A stretch of DNA of 64,000 bases from an uncultured Gemmatimonadales bacterium (lineage in GTDB: Bacteria > Gemmatimonadota > Gemmatimonadetes > Gemmatimonadales > Gemmatimonadaceae), in NCBI GenBank assembly GCA_963701965.1, contig OY969695.1:992001-1056000 (forward strand), written 5' to 3'. A program made the translations under genes and the position numbers. Shown here piece after piece: positions 1 to 8,980 of this stretch (its first letter is position 1; each line of letters opens with the position of its first letter). Under the pieces are notes generated by a model, which did no database searches, was not told where the DNA came from, and saw nothing but the letters and a program-made list of their open reading frames with translations.

Positions 1-336
1 GCCGAGCAAGGCGCCGGCGGCGTCCACCATGTGGCCTTTCGTACGCCGAACGCCCAGGAGCAGCTCGCCTGGCGCGATCGTCTGCACGCCGCGGGTGTGC
101 CGACATCGGGAGTGATCGACCGGTACTACTTCAAGTCCCTGTATTTCCGGGAGCCGAACGGCATCCTGTTCGAGATCGCGACGGATGGGCCGGGGTTCAC
201 GGTCGACGAGCACCCGGCGGCGCTGGGCTCGCGGTTGTCCCTGCCGCCTTTTCTGGAAGGGCGGCGCGCGGCGATCGAGTCAGGGTTACGGCCGCTCGAT
301 CCGCTTCCCGTTCGTCCCGTTTCCGTCGAACAGTAA
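1..336 (+). CDS. Ring-cleaving dioxygenase / VOC (glyoxalase) family protein, 5'-truncated by window edge
   Basis: Frame open from position 1; [34 protein letters not shown] and LSLPPFLE motifs typical of MhqA/O-like dioxygenases. Confidence 0.9.
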   Translation, partial: AEQGAGGVHHVAFRTPNAQEQLAWRDRLHAAGVPTSGVIDRYYFKSLYFREPNGILFEIATDGPGFTVDEHPAALGSRLSLPPFLEGRRAAIESGLRPLDPLPVRPVSVEQ

Positions 337-1779
337 ACGGAGGCGCTTGGCGAATCGCCCGCCCCACCGCGCGATCTCGCCCGGGCGGCTCAAGCCAAGT
401 CGCGAGGACACGACGTCGAGTCCATCGCCGACGACGCTGGTCATGCTTTCGACCCAGTCCGCGGCGTTCGTGGTGTGGCTCCGGCCGAGCGCGGCGAGGA
501 CCACCGGCTGCAGGCGGAGCACCACGGGTGTGGCCACGGCCAGCGCGTTGAACCGCGGATCGTACCGGGTGCCAATGCCTTCGATCAACGACGCCGTACG
601 CGCGAAGTACACCATGGAGCTGGGCAGCGTGATCGGCGAGTCGTACAGGTTGATCATCACCTGGTCGGCGAGGAGCTCCATGCGCTCCAGCGTCGTGGTG
701 TAGCGGGACGCGAGGCCGAGCAACAGCGCGACGAGGGGCCGCAGGTCGTCGCGCGGCACATCCGGGGCGACGAGTCCCAGCGCGTCGAAGCCGGCGATGA
801 CCGCATCCACGTCCTTCCGGATCGCGGCCAGGATCGTTCCCAGGAGCGCCCGGCGCATGGCACGCGACACGCGGACGACCATGCCGAAATCCAAGAGCAC
901 GAGCGCGCCGTCCGGGGCGACCCGGAGATTCTTGGGATGTGGGTCGGCGTGGAACAGCCCGTCGACCATCATCATCGACACGTAGGCTTCGATGAGACGG
1001 CGCACGAGGAGGGTGAGGTCGATCTCGCCGGCGGCGACGCGGGCATTGAGCGCGTCGAGCGCGTCGCCTTCCATGAACTCGAGCACGAGCACGCGTTGGC
1101 GCACGAACGGCAGAACGACCGCGGGCACGCGGATCCCCGGCGTGTCGGCGAAGTTCTCGCCCATCTCGACCGCGTTGGCCGCCTCCAGGCGATAGTCGAT
1201 CTCGTCCCGCACCCGAAAGGCGAATTCGTCGAGCACAACGCGGAGCTGTCGCAGGTTGCGGATCACACGGGGGCTGCCGCGGAAGAGGCGCAAGCAAAGG
1301 TCGAGCAGCCGGCCCGTCGCCGCGCAGTCGGCCGCGATCAGGCGCTCGACGCCGGGGCGGAGCACTTTGACAGCGACTTTCTGGCCCGCCACGCGTGCCT
1401 CGTAGACCTGCCCGAGCGAGGCGGACGCGACCGGTTCGTGGGAGATCCACTCGAAGACCGCGTCGGCCGGCCGGCCATAGGCGCGCGCGATCTCGCGCGC
1501 GATCGGTGGCCACGGCGTCGCTGGCACACGATCCATGAGCGACGCGAGGGCGCCGAGGTAGGGCTCGGGGATCACGTCCGAACGCGCGCCCAGGAGCTGC
1601 GCCAGCTTGATGAACGAGGGCCCGAGGCCCGCCAGTGTCCGCGCGATCCGCTCGGCGCGCTTGGCATGGAATGCCGCGGTGCGCGGGAGCGGCGCGCCGA
1701 ACCAGACCCAGCGCGCGACATCGCGACGGAACGACACGATGACGGGCACGACCCGCCAGGCAATGATCACGAGGCGCAT
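286..1779 (-). CDS. AarF/UbiB (ABC1) family atypical kinase
   Basis: [40 protein letters not shown] motifs. Confidence 0.92.
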   Translation of the reverse strand: MRLVIIAWRVVPVIVSFRRDVARWVWFGAPLPRTAAFHAKRAERIARTLAGLGPSFIKLAQLLGARSDVIPEPYLGALASLMDRVPATPWPPIAREIARAYGRPADAVFEWISHEPVASASLGQVYEARVAGQKVAVKVLRPGVERLIAADCAATGRLLDLCLRLFRGSPRVIRNLRQLRVVLDEFAFRVRDEIDYRLEAANAVEMGENFADTPGIRVPAVVLPFVRQRVLVLEFMEGDALDALNARVAAGEIDLTLLVRRLIEAYVSMMMVDGLFHADPHPKNLRVAPDGALVLLDFGMVVRVSRAMRRALLGTILAAIRKDVDAVIAGFDALGLVAPDVPRDDLRPLVALLLGLASRYTTTLERMELLADQVMINLYDSPITLPSSMVYFARTASLIEGIGTRYDPRFNALAVATPVVLRLQPVVLAALGRSHTTNAADWVESMTSVVGDGLDVVSSRLGLSRPGEIARWGGRFAKRLRLLFDGNGTNGKRIERP

Positions 1780-1818
1780 GTGTGTTAAGCTAGCCGGTGG
1801 GCCCTATCTTTCGCGGCC

Positions 1819-2676
1819 ATGGCCCAGGCGCCCGGCATTCTCTTTTCGTTCGCGCATCCGGATGACGAGAGCTTTCTCGTGGCCGGGACGGGGTGCGCCT
1901 ACGGAGCCCGCGGCGTCCGGCTCGCCCTGTTCACCGCGACCCGCGGCGGCGCGGGGAAGGTCGGGGATCCGCCGGTGTGCGCGCGCGAGGAGATCACGGG
2001 CGTCCGGGCGCGGGAGTTGAGCGCGGCCACCGCCATCCTGGGCATCGACGACGTCACCCTGCTCGACTATCCGGATGGGGCGCTGGGGGATGTGCCCGCG
2101 GATGACATCCGGCGGCATCTCGTGCGGCTCATCCGGCGCCATCGGCCCGCGGTGGTCGTCACGTTCGACCCGAACGGCGCGAACGGACATCGCGATCACG
2201 TGGCCATCAGCCGGTTCACGTCGGACGCGATCGCCGCGGCCAGTGATCCGCGGTGGTACGAGGACGAAGGCGCGCCGCACGAGGTGCGGCGATTGGTGTG
2301 GACGCCGCCGGCGCCGTGGTGGTCGGACCGCGACCAAACGCTGGGCGTCGACTTTCGCATCGACGTCCATGCCTACTGGGAGCGGAAGGCCGCGGCGCTG
2401 CGGGCGCATTGGACGCAGCATCAGTCGATCAATCGGATTTTCTTTGCGAATGAGCACGCCGCGGAGATCTCGGCGCAGCCGAGATCTGTCCAACCGACCG
2501 GGGATCTCGCGACGCGGAGCGGCGCGGAGATCTCGGCGCAGCCGAGATCTGTCCAACCGACCGGGGATCTCGCGACGCAGCGCGTCGCGGACATCTTGTC
2601 AGTGGAGGCGTTCCGCCAGGCATGGGGGCCGCGACTGCCCGAGCGACCGACCGCCGACCTGCTCGTTGGCTTGTGA
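1819..2676 (+). CDS. PIG-L/LmbE family deacetylase carrying two in-frame 21-aa repeat insertions
   Basis: AHPDDE, ATRG, HRDH motifs; insertion at 2466-2595. Confidence 0.9.
   Translation: MAQAPGILFSFAHPDDESFLVAGTGCAYGARGVRLALFTATRGGAGKVGDPPVCAREEITGVRARELSAATAILGIDDVTLLDYPDGALGDVPADDIRRHLVRLIRRHRPAVVVTFDPNGANGHRDHVAISRFTSDAIAAASDPRWYEDEGAPHEVRRLVWTPPAPWWSDRDQTLGVDFRIDVHAYWERKAAALRAHWTQHQSINRIFFANEHAAEISAQPRSVQPTGDLATRSGAEISAQPRSVQPTGDLATQRVADILSVEAFRQAWGPRLPERPTADLLVGL
2466..2595 (+). repeat. Tandem dimer of 63-bp GATC-bounded palindromic element (copies 1 and 2)
   Basis: GATC at 2466 and 2529, degenerate CATC at 2592 (63-bp period); near-identical to copies at 7352-7418 and 43546-43612. 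Confidence 0.95.
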
Positions 2677-3941
2677 CCACCCGCCGGGCGTTCGTTTCGA
2701 CCGTGGCGTGGGCCGCGACCGCGCCGCGCGCGCTGGCGCACGCGGCGGCGTATGCGGCCTCCGCGTCTCCCGCGTTGCTCGTCGATGACGAGGCGTACTG
2801 GTCGAGCGTGCGGCAGGCGTTCGCGCTCGATCGCACGCTGACGTATCTCAACAGCGCCGGCATCAGTCCGGCGTCAACCGCGGTGCTCGAGGGGATGGTG
2901 CGCGCGCTGCGGTTCGCGAACAGCGCGCCCGTCGAGCATATGTGGCGCGGAGAAGAACCGGAGATCGAAGGCGTGCGCCGGGCGCTGGCGGCGGAGTTCG
3001 GGTGTGATCCCGAAGAGATGGCGATCACGCGGAACGCGTCCGAGGCACTGGAGACGCTCATCTTCGGCCTGCCGCTCGGCGCCGGGGACGAGGTCATCGT
3101 GACCGCGCACAACTATGACCGCATGCTCACGGCGTGGGCACAGCGCGCGCGGCGGGATGGCATCGTGGTGCGCACCGTGACGTTCCCGCTGCCCGTGACA
3201 TCGGACGCGGTGGTGATCGAGGCCATCCGCGAGGCGATCACCGATCGCACGCGCGTGATCGAGATTCCGCACCTCACGAATTGGACGGGCCAGCCGTTAC
3301 CGGTCCCGGCGATCGTGGCGTCGGGTCGCGCCCGGGGCGTGAGCGTCATCGTGGATGGGGCGCAAACGTTCGCCCACACGCCGGTGTCGCGCGATGCACT
3401 CGGCTGCGATTACTACGCGACCAGTCTGCACAAGTGGTTGCTCGCCCCGGTAGGGTCGGGCTTCTTGTATGTCCGGCGCGAGCGCATCCCTGCCGTGTGG
3501 CCGCTCTTCGCTGCCCCGGAGGCGCGGAGCGCCGACGTGCGCAAGTTCGAGGAGATCGGCACGCATCCCGCGGCCAACCACAACGCGATCACCGCGGCGC
3601 TGGCGTTTCACCACAGCATCGGCGGGCCCCGGAAGCTGGCGAGGCTCAAATGGCTCCGGGATCGATGGGCGCGCGCGATCGGCGCCGAGAGCCCGCGGGT
3701 GCACATCCGCACGCCGCTCGACGATCCGCGGAGCGGAGCCATCGCGCTCGTGGAGATCGAGGGACTGGAAGCCGGCGCGCTGGCGCGGTGGCTCTGGGTT
3801 ACGCATCGCATCGTGACGAGCGCCATCGCGTTTGGGGGCGTGACCGGAGTCCGCGTCACGCCGAACGTGTTCACCACGCCGTCGGAGATCGACCGGTTGA
3901 CGGACGCACTCCGGACGGCCATTCGAAAAGGCATCACGTGA
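2673..3941 (+). CDS. Class V PLP-dependent aminotransferase (isopenicillin-N epimerase/cysteine desulfurase-like) with probable Tat signal
   Basis: GTG start overlapping upstream TGA; N-terminus TTRRAFV; YLNSAG, VDGAQ, SLHKWL motifs. Confidence 0.85.
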   Translation: MTTRRAFVSTVAWAATAPRALAHAAAYAASASPALLVDDEAYWSSVRQAFALDRTLTYLNSAGISPASTAVLEGMVRALRFANSAPVEHMWRGEEPEIEGVRRALAAEFGCDPEEMAITRNASEALETLIFGLPLGAGDEVIVTAHNYDRMLTAWAQRARRDGIVVRTVTFPLPVTSDAVVIEAIREAITDRTRVIEIPHLTNWTGQPLPVPAIVASGRARGVSVIVDGAQTFAHTPVSRDALGCDYYATSLHKWLLAPVGSGFLYVRRERIPAVWPLFAAPEARSADVRKFEEIGTHPAANHNAITAALAFHHSIGGPRKLARLKWLRDRWARAIGAESPRVHIRTPLDDPRSGAIALVEIEGLEAGALARWLWVTHRIVTSAIAFGGVTGVRVTPNVFTTPSEIDRLTDALRTAIRKGIT

Positions 3942-4777
3942 AGGCCCTCCGCCGCATCCCGCCATCGCTCTTGGTACTGACGTCAATGTCGACGACGCAG
4001 ATCGGGGGCGCGCTGGCCAAGACGGTGTTTCCGGTGCTCGGCACCCCGGGCACGGTCTTCATCCGCGTGGCGAGCGCGGCGCTCATGCTGCTGGTGGTCG
4101 CTCGGCCCCGTCTCGAGCACGGGTGGAAACGAAACGCCGGGATTGTGGGGCTGTTTGGCGCGATCCTCGGCACCATGAACCTGGTGTTCTACCTGGCGCT
4201 GGCGCGGATCCCGTTCGGGATCTGCGTGACGCTGGAGTTCACGGGTCCGCTCGCGGTGGCGGTCGCGGGCTCGCGCCGGCCGCGCGATCTCCTCTGGGTG
4301 GTGCTGGCTGCCGGGGGCATCGTGCTCTTGTCACCGCTCGAAACGCACGACCTGGATCCGATCGGCGTGATGCTGGCACTCGGGGCCGGCGTATGTTGGG
4401 CCTCGTACATCATCGTGGGCGCGCGACTCGGCAAGGCGTTCGATGGAGGACACGGGCTGGCGATGGCGATGGCGGTTGCCGCGCTCATCCTGCTGCCCAT
4501 CGGCGGAGGGACAGGCATCGGGCGCGGCATCCATGCCCCTCTGGCGCTCGTGACTGGATGCGCCGTGGGCCTGCTCTCGTCGGCCCTGCCCTACTCGCTG
4601 GAGGTCGAGGCGCTGCGGCGATTGCCGACGCGGGTGTTCGGCGTGTGGATGAGCCTCGAGCCGGCGCTGGCGGCGGTCGCGGGTTTTCTCATGCTAGGTG
4701 AACGACTGGGTTTTCACGCCATTATCGCTTTGATCATGGTCACCATCGCCAGCGCCGGAGCGGCGGCTTTCGGATGA
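3938..4777 (+). CDS. EamA/DMT transporter (RhtA-like)
   Basis: About 10 hydrophobic segments; TLEFTGPL, PYSLE and MSLEPALAA motifs; GTGA overlap start. Confidence 0.88.
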   Translation: MKALRRIPPSLLVLTSMSTTQIGGALAKTVFPVLGTPGTVFIRVASAALMLLVVARPRLEHGWKRNAGIVGLFGAILGTMNLVFYLALARIPFGICVTLEFTGPLAVAVAGSRRPRDLLWVVLAAGGIVLLSPLETHDLDPIGVMLALGAGVCWASYIIVGARLGKAFDGGHGLAMAMAVAALILLPIGGGTGIGRGIHAPLALVTGCAVGLLSSALPYSLEVEALRRLPTRVFGVWMSLEPALAAVAGFLMLGERLGFHAIIALIMVTIASAGAAAFG

Positions 4778-5883
4778 CGGAACTTCTCTCGTGTCAACGC
4801 GACGCGTTCTCCCTACCGGAGGACTCGCACTATCTCAACTGCGCGTACATGTCCCCGTTGCCGCGCGCCGTCGAAGCCGCCGGGGTCGCGGGTATCGCGC
4901 GGAAACGCGACCCATCGCAGATTCGCCCGGCGGACTTCTTTACGGAGCCCGATCAGGCGCGGGCGCTGTTCGCGCGGCTCATCGGTGCCGCGCCGGCGCG
5001 CGTCGCGATCATCCCGGCGGTGTCCTACGGGGTCGCCGCGGCGGCCCGCAACGTGGAGATCCGCCCGGGCGCGAACGTGGTGCTGCTCGATGAGCAGTTC
5101 CCGAGCAACGTGTTGAGCTGGCGGCGCACGCGCGCCGAGATTCGCACGGTCGGTCGCGGGCCCGATTGGAGCGCGCGGCTCCTCGACGCCATCGATCGCC
5201 ACACGGCGGTCGTGGCGGTCGACGCCGTCCACTGGACCGACGGCACGCGCTTCGACCTGGCGGCGATCGGCGCCCGCGCGCGCGAGGTGGGCGCCGTGTT
5301 CGTCGTCGACGCCACCCAGTCCATTGGAGCCGAGCCCATCAATGTCTGCGTGCTCCAGCCCGACGTCCTGGTGACCGCGACGTACAAGTGGCTGATGGGC
5401 TCCCTCGGCATCGGGTTCGCGTATTTCGGACCGCGATTCGACAACGGCGCGCCGGTCGAGGAGAATTGGCTGTCACGCGGCGGCAGCGACGACTTCCGCC
5501 GGCTCGCCGAGTACCGCGACGACTACCGGCCGGGCGCGGCGCGCTACGACGTCGGCGGGCGCGCCAACTTCATCCTGCCAGCCATGGCCGCCGCGGCGCT
5601 CGAACTGATCCTGACCTGGGACCCGGCCCGCATCGCCGCCTACTGCCGCGCGCTCAACGGCCCCCTGGTCGACGCGGCGCGGGCCCTCGGCTACACCGTA
5701 GGCGACGTCTCCCACATCGTCGGCCTGCGCCTGCCCGCGGGGCGCGACACCGCGTCGATCGAGCGGAAACTGGCCGACCACCGCGTCTTCGTGTCCCTCC
5801 GCGGCAGCGCCGTGCGCGTCTCGCCCAACGTGTACAACACGCCAGACGACATCGCGGCGCTGGTCGCGGCGCTGGCAATGTAA
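4774..5883 (+). CDS. Class V PLP-dependent aminotransferase
   Basis: YLNCAYMSP, VDATQS, TYKWLMG, VRVSPNVYN motifs. Confidence 0.88.
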   Translation: MTELLSCQRDAFSLPEDSHYLNCAYMSPLPRAVEAAGVAGIARKRDPSQIRPADFFTEPDQARALFARLIGAAPARVAIIPAVSYGVAAAARNVEIRPGANVVLLDEQFPSNVLSWRRTRAEIRTVGRGPDWSARLLDAIDRHTAVVAVDAVHWTDGTRFDLAAIGARAREVGAVFVVDATQSIGAEPINVCVLQPDVLVTATYKWLMGSLGIGFAYFGPRFDNGAPVEENWLSRGGSDDFRRLAEYRDDYRPGAARYDVGGRANFILPAMAAAALELILTWDPARIAAYCRALNGPLVDAARALGYTVGDVSHIVGLRLPAGRDTASIERKLADHRVFVSLRGSAVRVSPNVYNTPDDIAALVAALAM

Positions 5884-5913
5884 GGTTCCGGGGGGGTCGG
5901 TCGTTTGCTCTGT

Positions 5914-6423
5914 ATGAACGACCCCCTCGTGGTACCACGGGATCCGGACGCGCTGGCGGCGCTCTACGAGCGGTACGCGCCGGTCATGATGCGCGTGGCC
6001 TATCATATCACCGGCTCCCGGGCCGACGCCGAGGACGTGCTCCATGACGTCTTTCTGGGCCTGCCGCAGGCGCTCCAGCGGTACGAAGAGCGCGGCCGAC
6101 TCGAATCCTGGCTCGTGCGCCTCACGGCCCGGGCCGCGCTGTCGCGCGGCCGCCGCCGGCGGCGCCAAGCCGAGACACCCATCGAGAACAAGATCGTGTC
6201 CGCCGCTCCGGGAGACGTCGAGCGCCGGCTGGCCCGCGCGGACCTGCGCGCGGCACTTCATGCGCTGCCGGCGTCGCTGCGCGCGGTCGTCGTGTTGAAG
6301 GAGATCGAGGGGTACGCCCACGCCGAAATCGCCGAAATACTCGGGATCACCGCCGGCGCGTCCGAAGTTCGCCTCTGCCGCGCCATGCGACGGCTCCGCG
6401 CCACGCTCACGGAGGGCACATGA
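5914..6423 (+). CDS. ECF RNA polymerase sigma factor
   Basis: DAEDVLHDVF region 2; region 4 VVVLKEIEGYAHAEIAEILG. Confidence 0.9.
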   Translation: MNDPLVVPRDPDALAALYERYAPVMMRVAYHITGSRADAEDVLHDVFLGLPQALQRYEERGRLESWLVRLTARAALSRGRRRRRQAETPIENKIVSAAPGDVERRLARADLRAALHALPASLRAVVVLKEIEGYAHAEIAEILGITAGASEVRLCRAMRRLRATLTEGT

Positions 6424-7520
6424 CACACCTCAGCGATAGCGCACTGCTCCAGTACGCGACTGGTGAATTGACCGGTGATCGCTCGGGCGTCGCCGAGCAT
6501 CTGGCCGGCTGTGGCGCGTGCCGCGGGATCGTGCTCGACACGCGGCGCATCGGGGCCGATCTCCGCGATCTGCCGGTGCCGCCGGCCCCATCGCTGGATG
6601 CGCTGCTGCGGATCCCCAGGGTGCGGCCGCGGACCGTGTGGCCCCAGGCCATTGCCGCGGTCCTGGTCATCGGCATCGCGGGGGCGCTCATCGCCAACAC
6701 GCCCGGCGCCATCGCGACCATGAGCCTATGGCCCGAGCCGCCACACGAGCCCGGGCCGCCGGTTACGGCGATACTGCCCAACCGCATCGCCGCGGGCCGG
6801 TGGACCTACATGTCGCGGATGTACACGGACAGCATCCTGTGGAGCACGCCCGTGATGTTCACGGTGACGGTCGATTCGGCCGCGGTTGGACCGACGCCGG
6901 CGTGGCGCGTCGTGGAGAGCGGCGCCCGGGGCTCCGATACCACCATTGTCGCCCGCGGCGACCTGCGACCAATGTCCGGCGTGCTCTCCGATCCGGGCAG
7001 CGGCCTCCGGGTCGTGACGACCTACTCGCGCGACAGCGTCATCACGATCGACTCGGCGCCGCGATACCGGTACGCCGACGGACATCGCGGGCTCAAAGTG
7101 CGACGGCACGCGTTCGCGATGGCCGACACGGTGCGCGTGCGCGCGGTCAACGAGGCCGGTCTCTGGGCCCTCATGCGGACCTTGCCCCTCGAGCGCTCGT
7201 GGCGCGGAACCATTGCCATGGTCGAGGACCCGGCATGGTCCCACGGCGCGGTGATTCGACAGCTGGCGGTGGAAGGCCGGCATACGATCGTCACGCCCAT
7301 CGGCCGCTGCGACTGCTGGCAGGTTTCCGTCTCGCACGGCGGCGTAACGGGGATCTCGGCGCAGCCGAGATCTGTCCAACCGACAATGGATCTCGCGACG
7401 CGAAGCGTCGCCGAGATCCTGTGGGTGCGCGCGTCCGATCGGATCGTGGTCAAGACCGAGTCCGTCGGCGAAGACGTGGGTGTCGTGGAGCTCGTCGCCG
7501 AGGACCCGCCGCCGACCTAG
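6420..7520 (+). CDS. Zinc-finger (zf-HC2) membrane anti-sigma factor with extracytoplasmic domain; contains 21-aa repeat insertion
   Basis: HLAGCGAC (HxxxCxxC), single TM, coupled to ECF sigma by ATGA overlap. Confidence 0.8.
   Translation: MTHLSDSALLQYATGELTGDRSGVAEHLAGCGACRGIVLDTRRIGADLRDLPVPPAPSLDALLRIPRVRPRTVWPQAIAAVLVIGIAGALIANTPGAIATMSLWPEPPHEPGPPVTAILPNRIAAGRWTYMSRMYTDSILWSTPVMFTVTVDSAAVGPTPAWRVVESGARGSDTTIVARGDLRPMSGVLSDPGSGLRVVTTYSRDSVITIDSAPRYRYADGHRGLKVRRHAFAMADTVRVRAVNEAGLWALMRTLPLERSWRGTIAMVEDPAWSHGAVIRQLAVEGRHTIVTPIGRCDCWQVSVSHGGVTGISAQPRSVQPTMDLATRSVAEILWVRASDRIVVKTESVGEDVGVVELVAEDPPPT
7352..7418 (+). repeat. 63-bp GATC-bounded palindromic element, copy 3
   Basis: GATCTCGGCGCAGCCGAGATCTGTCCAACCGACAATGGATCTCGCGACGCGAAGCGTCGCCGAGATC. 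Confidence 0.95.
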
Positions 7521-7918
7521 TGGCGCGCGCTATCGTCCGGCGCGGAGGGACCGAACCGGTGCGAGCGCTCGTGGCTGCGCATGCGCGCGAACCGGTCGCG
7601 TTGTTCCGGCGTCAACACGCGCTCGATGTCGGTGCGCGTCGAGTCGAGGATCAGGCGGATGGCGGGGCGGATGCGCTGGGTGATCGAGTCGCGTTGGGCC
7701 AAGCGATGCTTCACGATCGAGTCGACCGCGGCGCGCTGGGCGGGCGACAACCCTAGCGCGTCGCCCAGGCGGCCCGGCGGGCCCATGGGATAGGAGCGGC
7801 CGAAGGGCGAGCGCGGGGCCAGCACCCGGCGGTCGAGCGCGATGCCGATGACGATACCGGAGACCAGCGAGAGCGCGACGACGAGACCGGCAATGACGCG
7901 CGCGGAGGCGCTCGACAC
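7517..7918 (-). CDS. Membrane-anchored Spy/CpxP-like periplasmic helical protein
   Basis: N-terminal TM; LGLSPAQ and VLTPEQR LTxxQ-like motifs; third gene of ECF operon. Confidence 0.7.
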   Translation of the reverse strand: MSSASARVIAGLVVALSLVSGIVIGIALDRRVLAPRSPFGRSYPMGPPGRLGDALGLSPAQRAAVDSIVKHRLAQRDSITQRIRPAIRLILDSTRTDIERVLTPEQRDRFARMRSHERSHRFGPSAPDDSARH

Positions 7919-7924
7919 GCTGGC

Positions 7925-8341
7925 CTACTGGACGGTCGGTCCGAGCGCCGCGGCGAGCCACGCGTCGCGCCCGCCACCACCAACGACGGCGTCGTCATTC
8001 TCGCTCTCGGCGACGGTGCTGCGGACCCACGCCGCCACATCCGTGGAGTCGGCGGTCGCGCCGATCGTGCCGGACGGCGACACGACGGACGGCCCGACGG
8101 CAAAGAACGCTGCCGCGAGCGTCGCGACAATGCCCACGGGCACCATCGCGCGCCACCACATGAGGCCGTCGAGCAACCGACGGCTCTGCGTGGGCGCCAG
8201 GAGATATCCCGCGTCCGTCCCAATGCGGCGGCGCAACGACCACCAGTCGACCGTCTCGGCCGGCGGCGCACCAGCGACCGCACGGAGCGCCGCGACGACG
8301 CGGCCATCGAGCCCGCGCGAACGACGGATCGGTTTAGTCAT
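7925..8341 (-). CDS. Putative membrane anti-sigma partner
   Basis: Single TM; directly downstream of and overlapping the ECF sigma. Confidence 0.6.
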   Translation of the reverse strand: MTKPIRRSRGLDGRVVAALRAVAGAPPAETVDWWSLRRRIGTDAGYLLAPTQSRRLLDGLMWWRAMVPVGIVATLAAAFFAVGPSVVSPSGTIGATADSTDVAAWVRSTVAESENDDAVVGGGGRDAWLAAALGPTVQ

Positions 8342-8945
8342 TGCGCAAAGCGCCGGCGAGCGGCGCGAGTGTCACGCGGAGCGCGTTGCGCGCCTCGTGG
8401 AGATACCACCGCACCGTGCCTTGCGAGAGATCGAGAATGCTCGCGATCTCGACGCTGGAAAATCCCTCCAGCTCCGAGAGCCGGAGAATGAGCCGCTGGC
8501 GCTCGGGCAGCAAATCGACCGCCGCCCGCACGCGCTCCTGGAGCTCCCGGCGCTCGGCGAGCCCGTCCGGCGAGCCTTCCCCGCCCGCCGCGTCGGCCGG
8601 CACCTGCTCTGTCTGCCGCACCGTCCGCGACTTCCGGGCGTTCAACCCGCGATTGACCAGAATGCGAAAGAACCACGGCGAAAACGCCCGCTCCCGGTCA
8701 AACCGGTCGATCTGCTCCAGCACCGTGATGAATGTCTCCTGCACGAGGTCCTCGGCGTCCTCGCGATGGTGCATGACGTGATACGCCACCGCGTACGCGC
8801 GGCGCAGGTAGCGCCGCACCAGCTCGTCGAACGCCGACGGATCCCGGTGACGCACGAGATCGAGGAGCGCCGGTTCGGTCAGCGCATCGAGGCCCGGAGC
8901 GCCGGACCGGACAGCAACAATGGCAGGCGACGATTTCGGCTTCAC
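8334..8945 (-). CDS. ECF RNA polymerase sigma factor (RpoE-like)
   Basis: DAEDLVQETF, FSPWFFRI, EGFSSVEIASILDLSQGTVRWYLHEAR; GTG start inferred at 8945. Confidence 0.9.
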   Translation of the reverse strand: MKPKSSPAIVAVRSGAPGLDALTEPALLDLVRHRDPSAFDELVRRYLRRAYAVAYHVMHHREDAEDLVQETFITVLEQIDRFDRERAFSPWFFRILVNRGLNARKSRTVRQTEQVPADAAGGEGSPDGLAERRELQERVRAAVDLLPERQRLILRLSELEGFSSVEIASILDLSQGTVRWYLHEARNALRVTLAPLAGALRND

Positions 8946-8980
8946 ATCTCTTATACCCGCGGCGCGTTCCGTTCGTTGGA

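Noticed and set aside
286..336. 51-bp convergent overlap of dioxygenase and ABC1 kinase 3' ends
   Set aside because: Tail overlaps are frequent in compact high-GC genomes; there is no evidence of a special function.
2461..2596. Tandem repeat as a mini CRISPR array
   Set aside because: Units are contiguous and near-identical with no unique spacers, lie in frame inside a CDS, and no cas genes are present.
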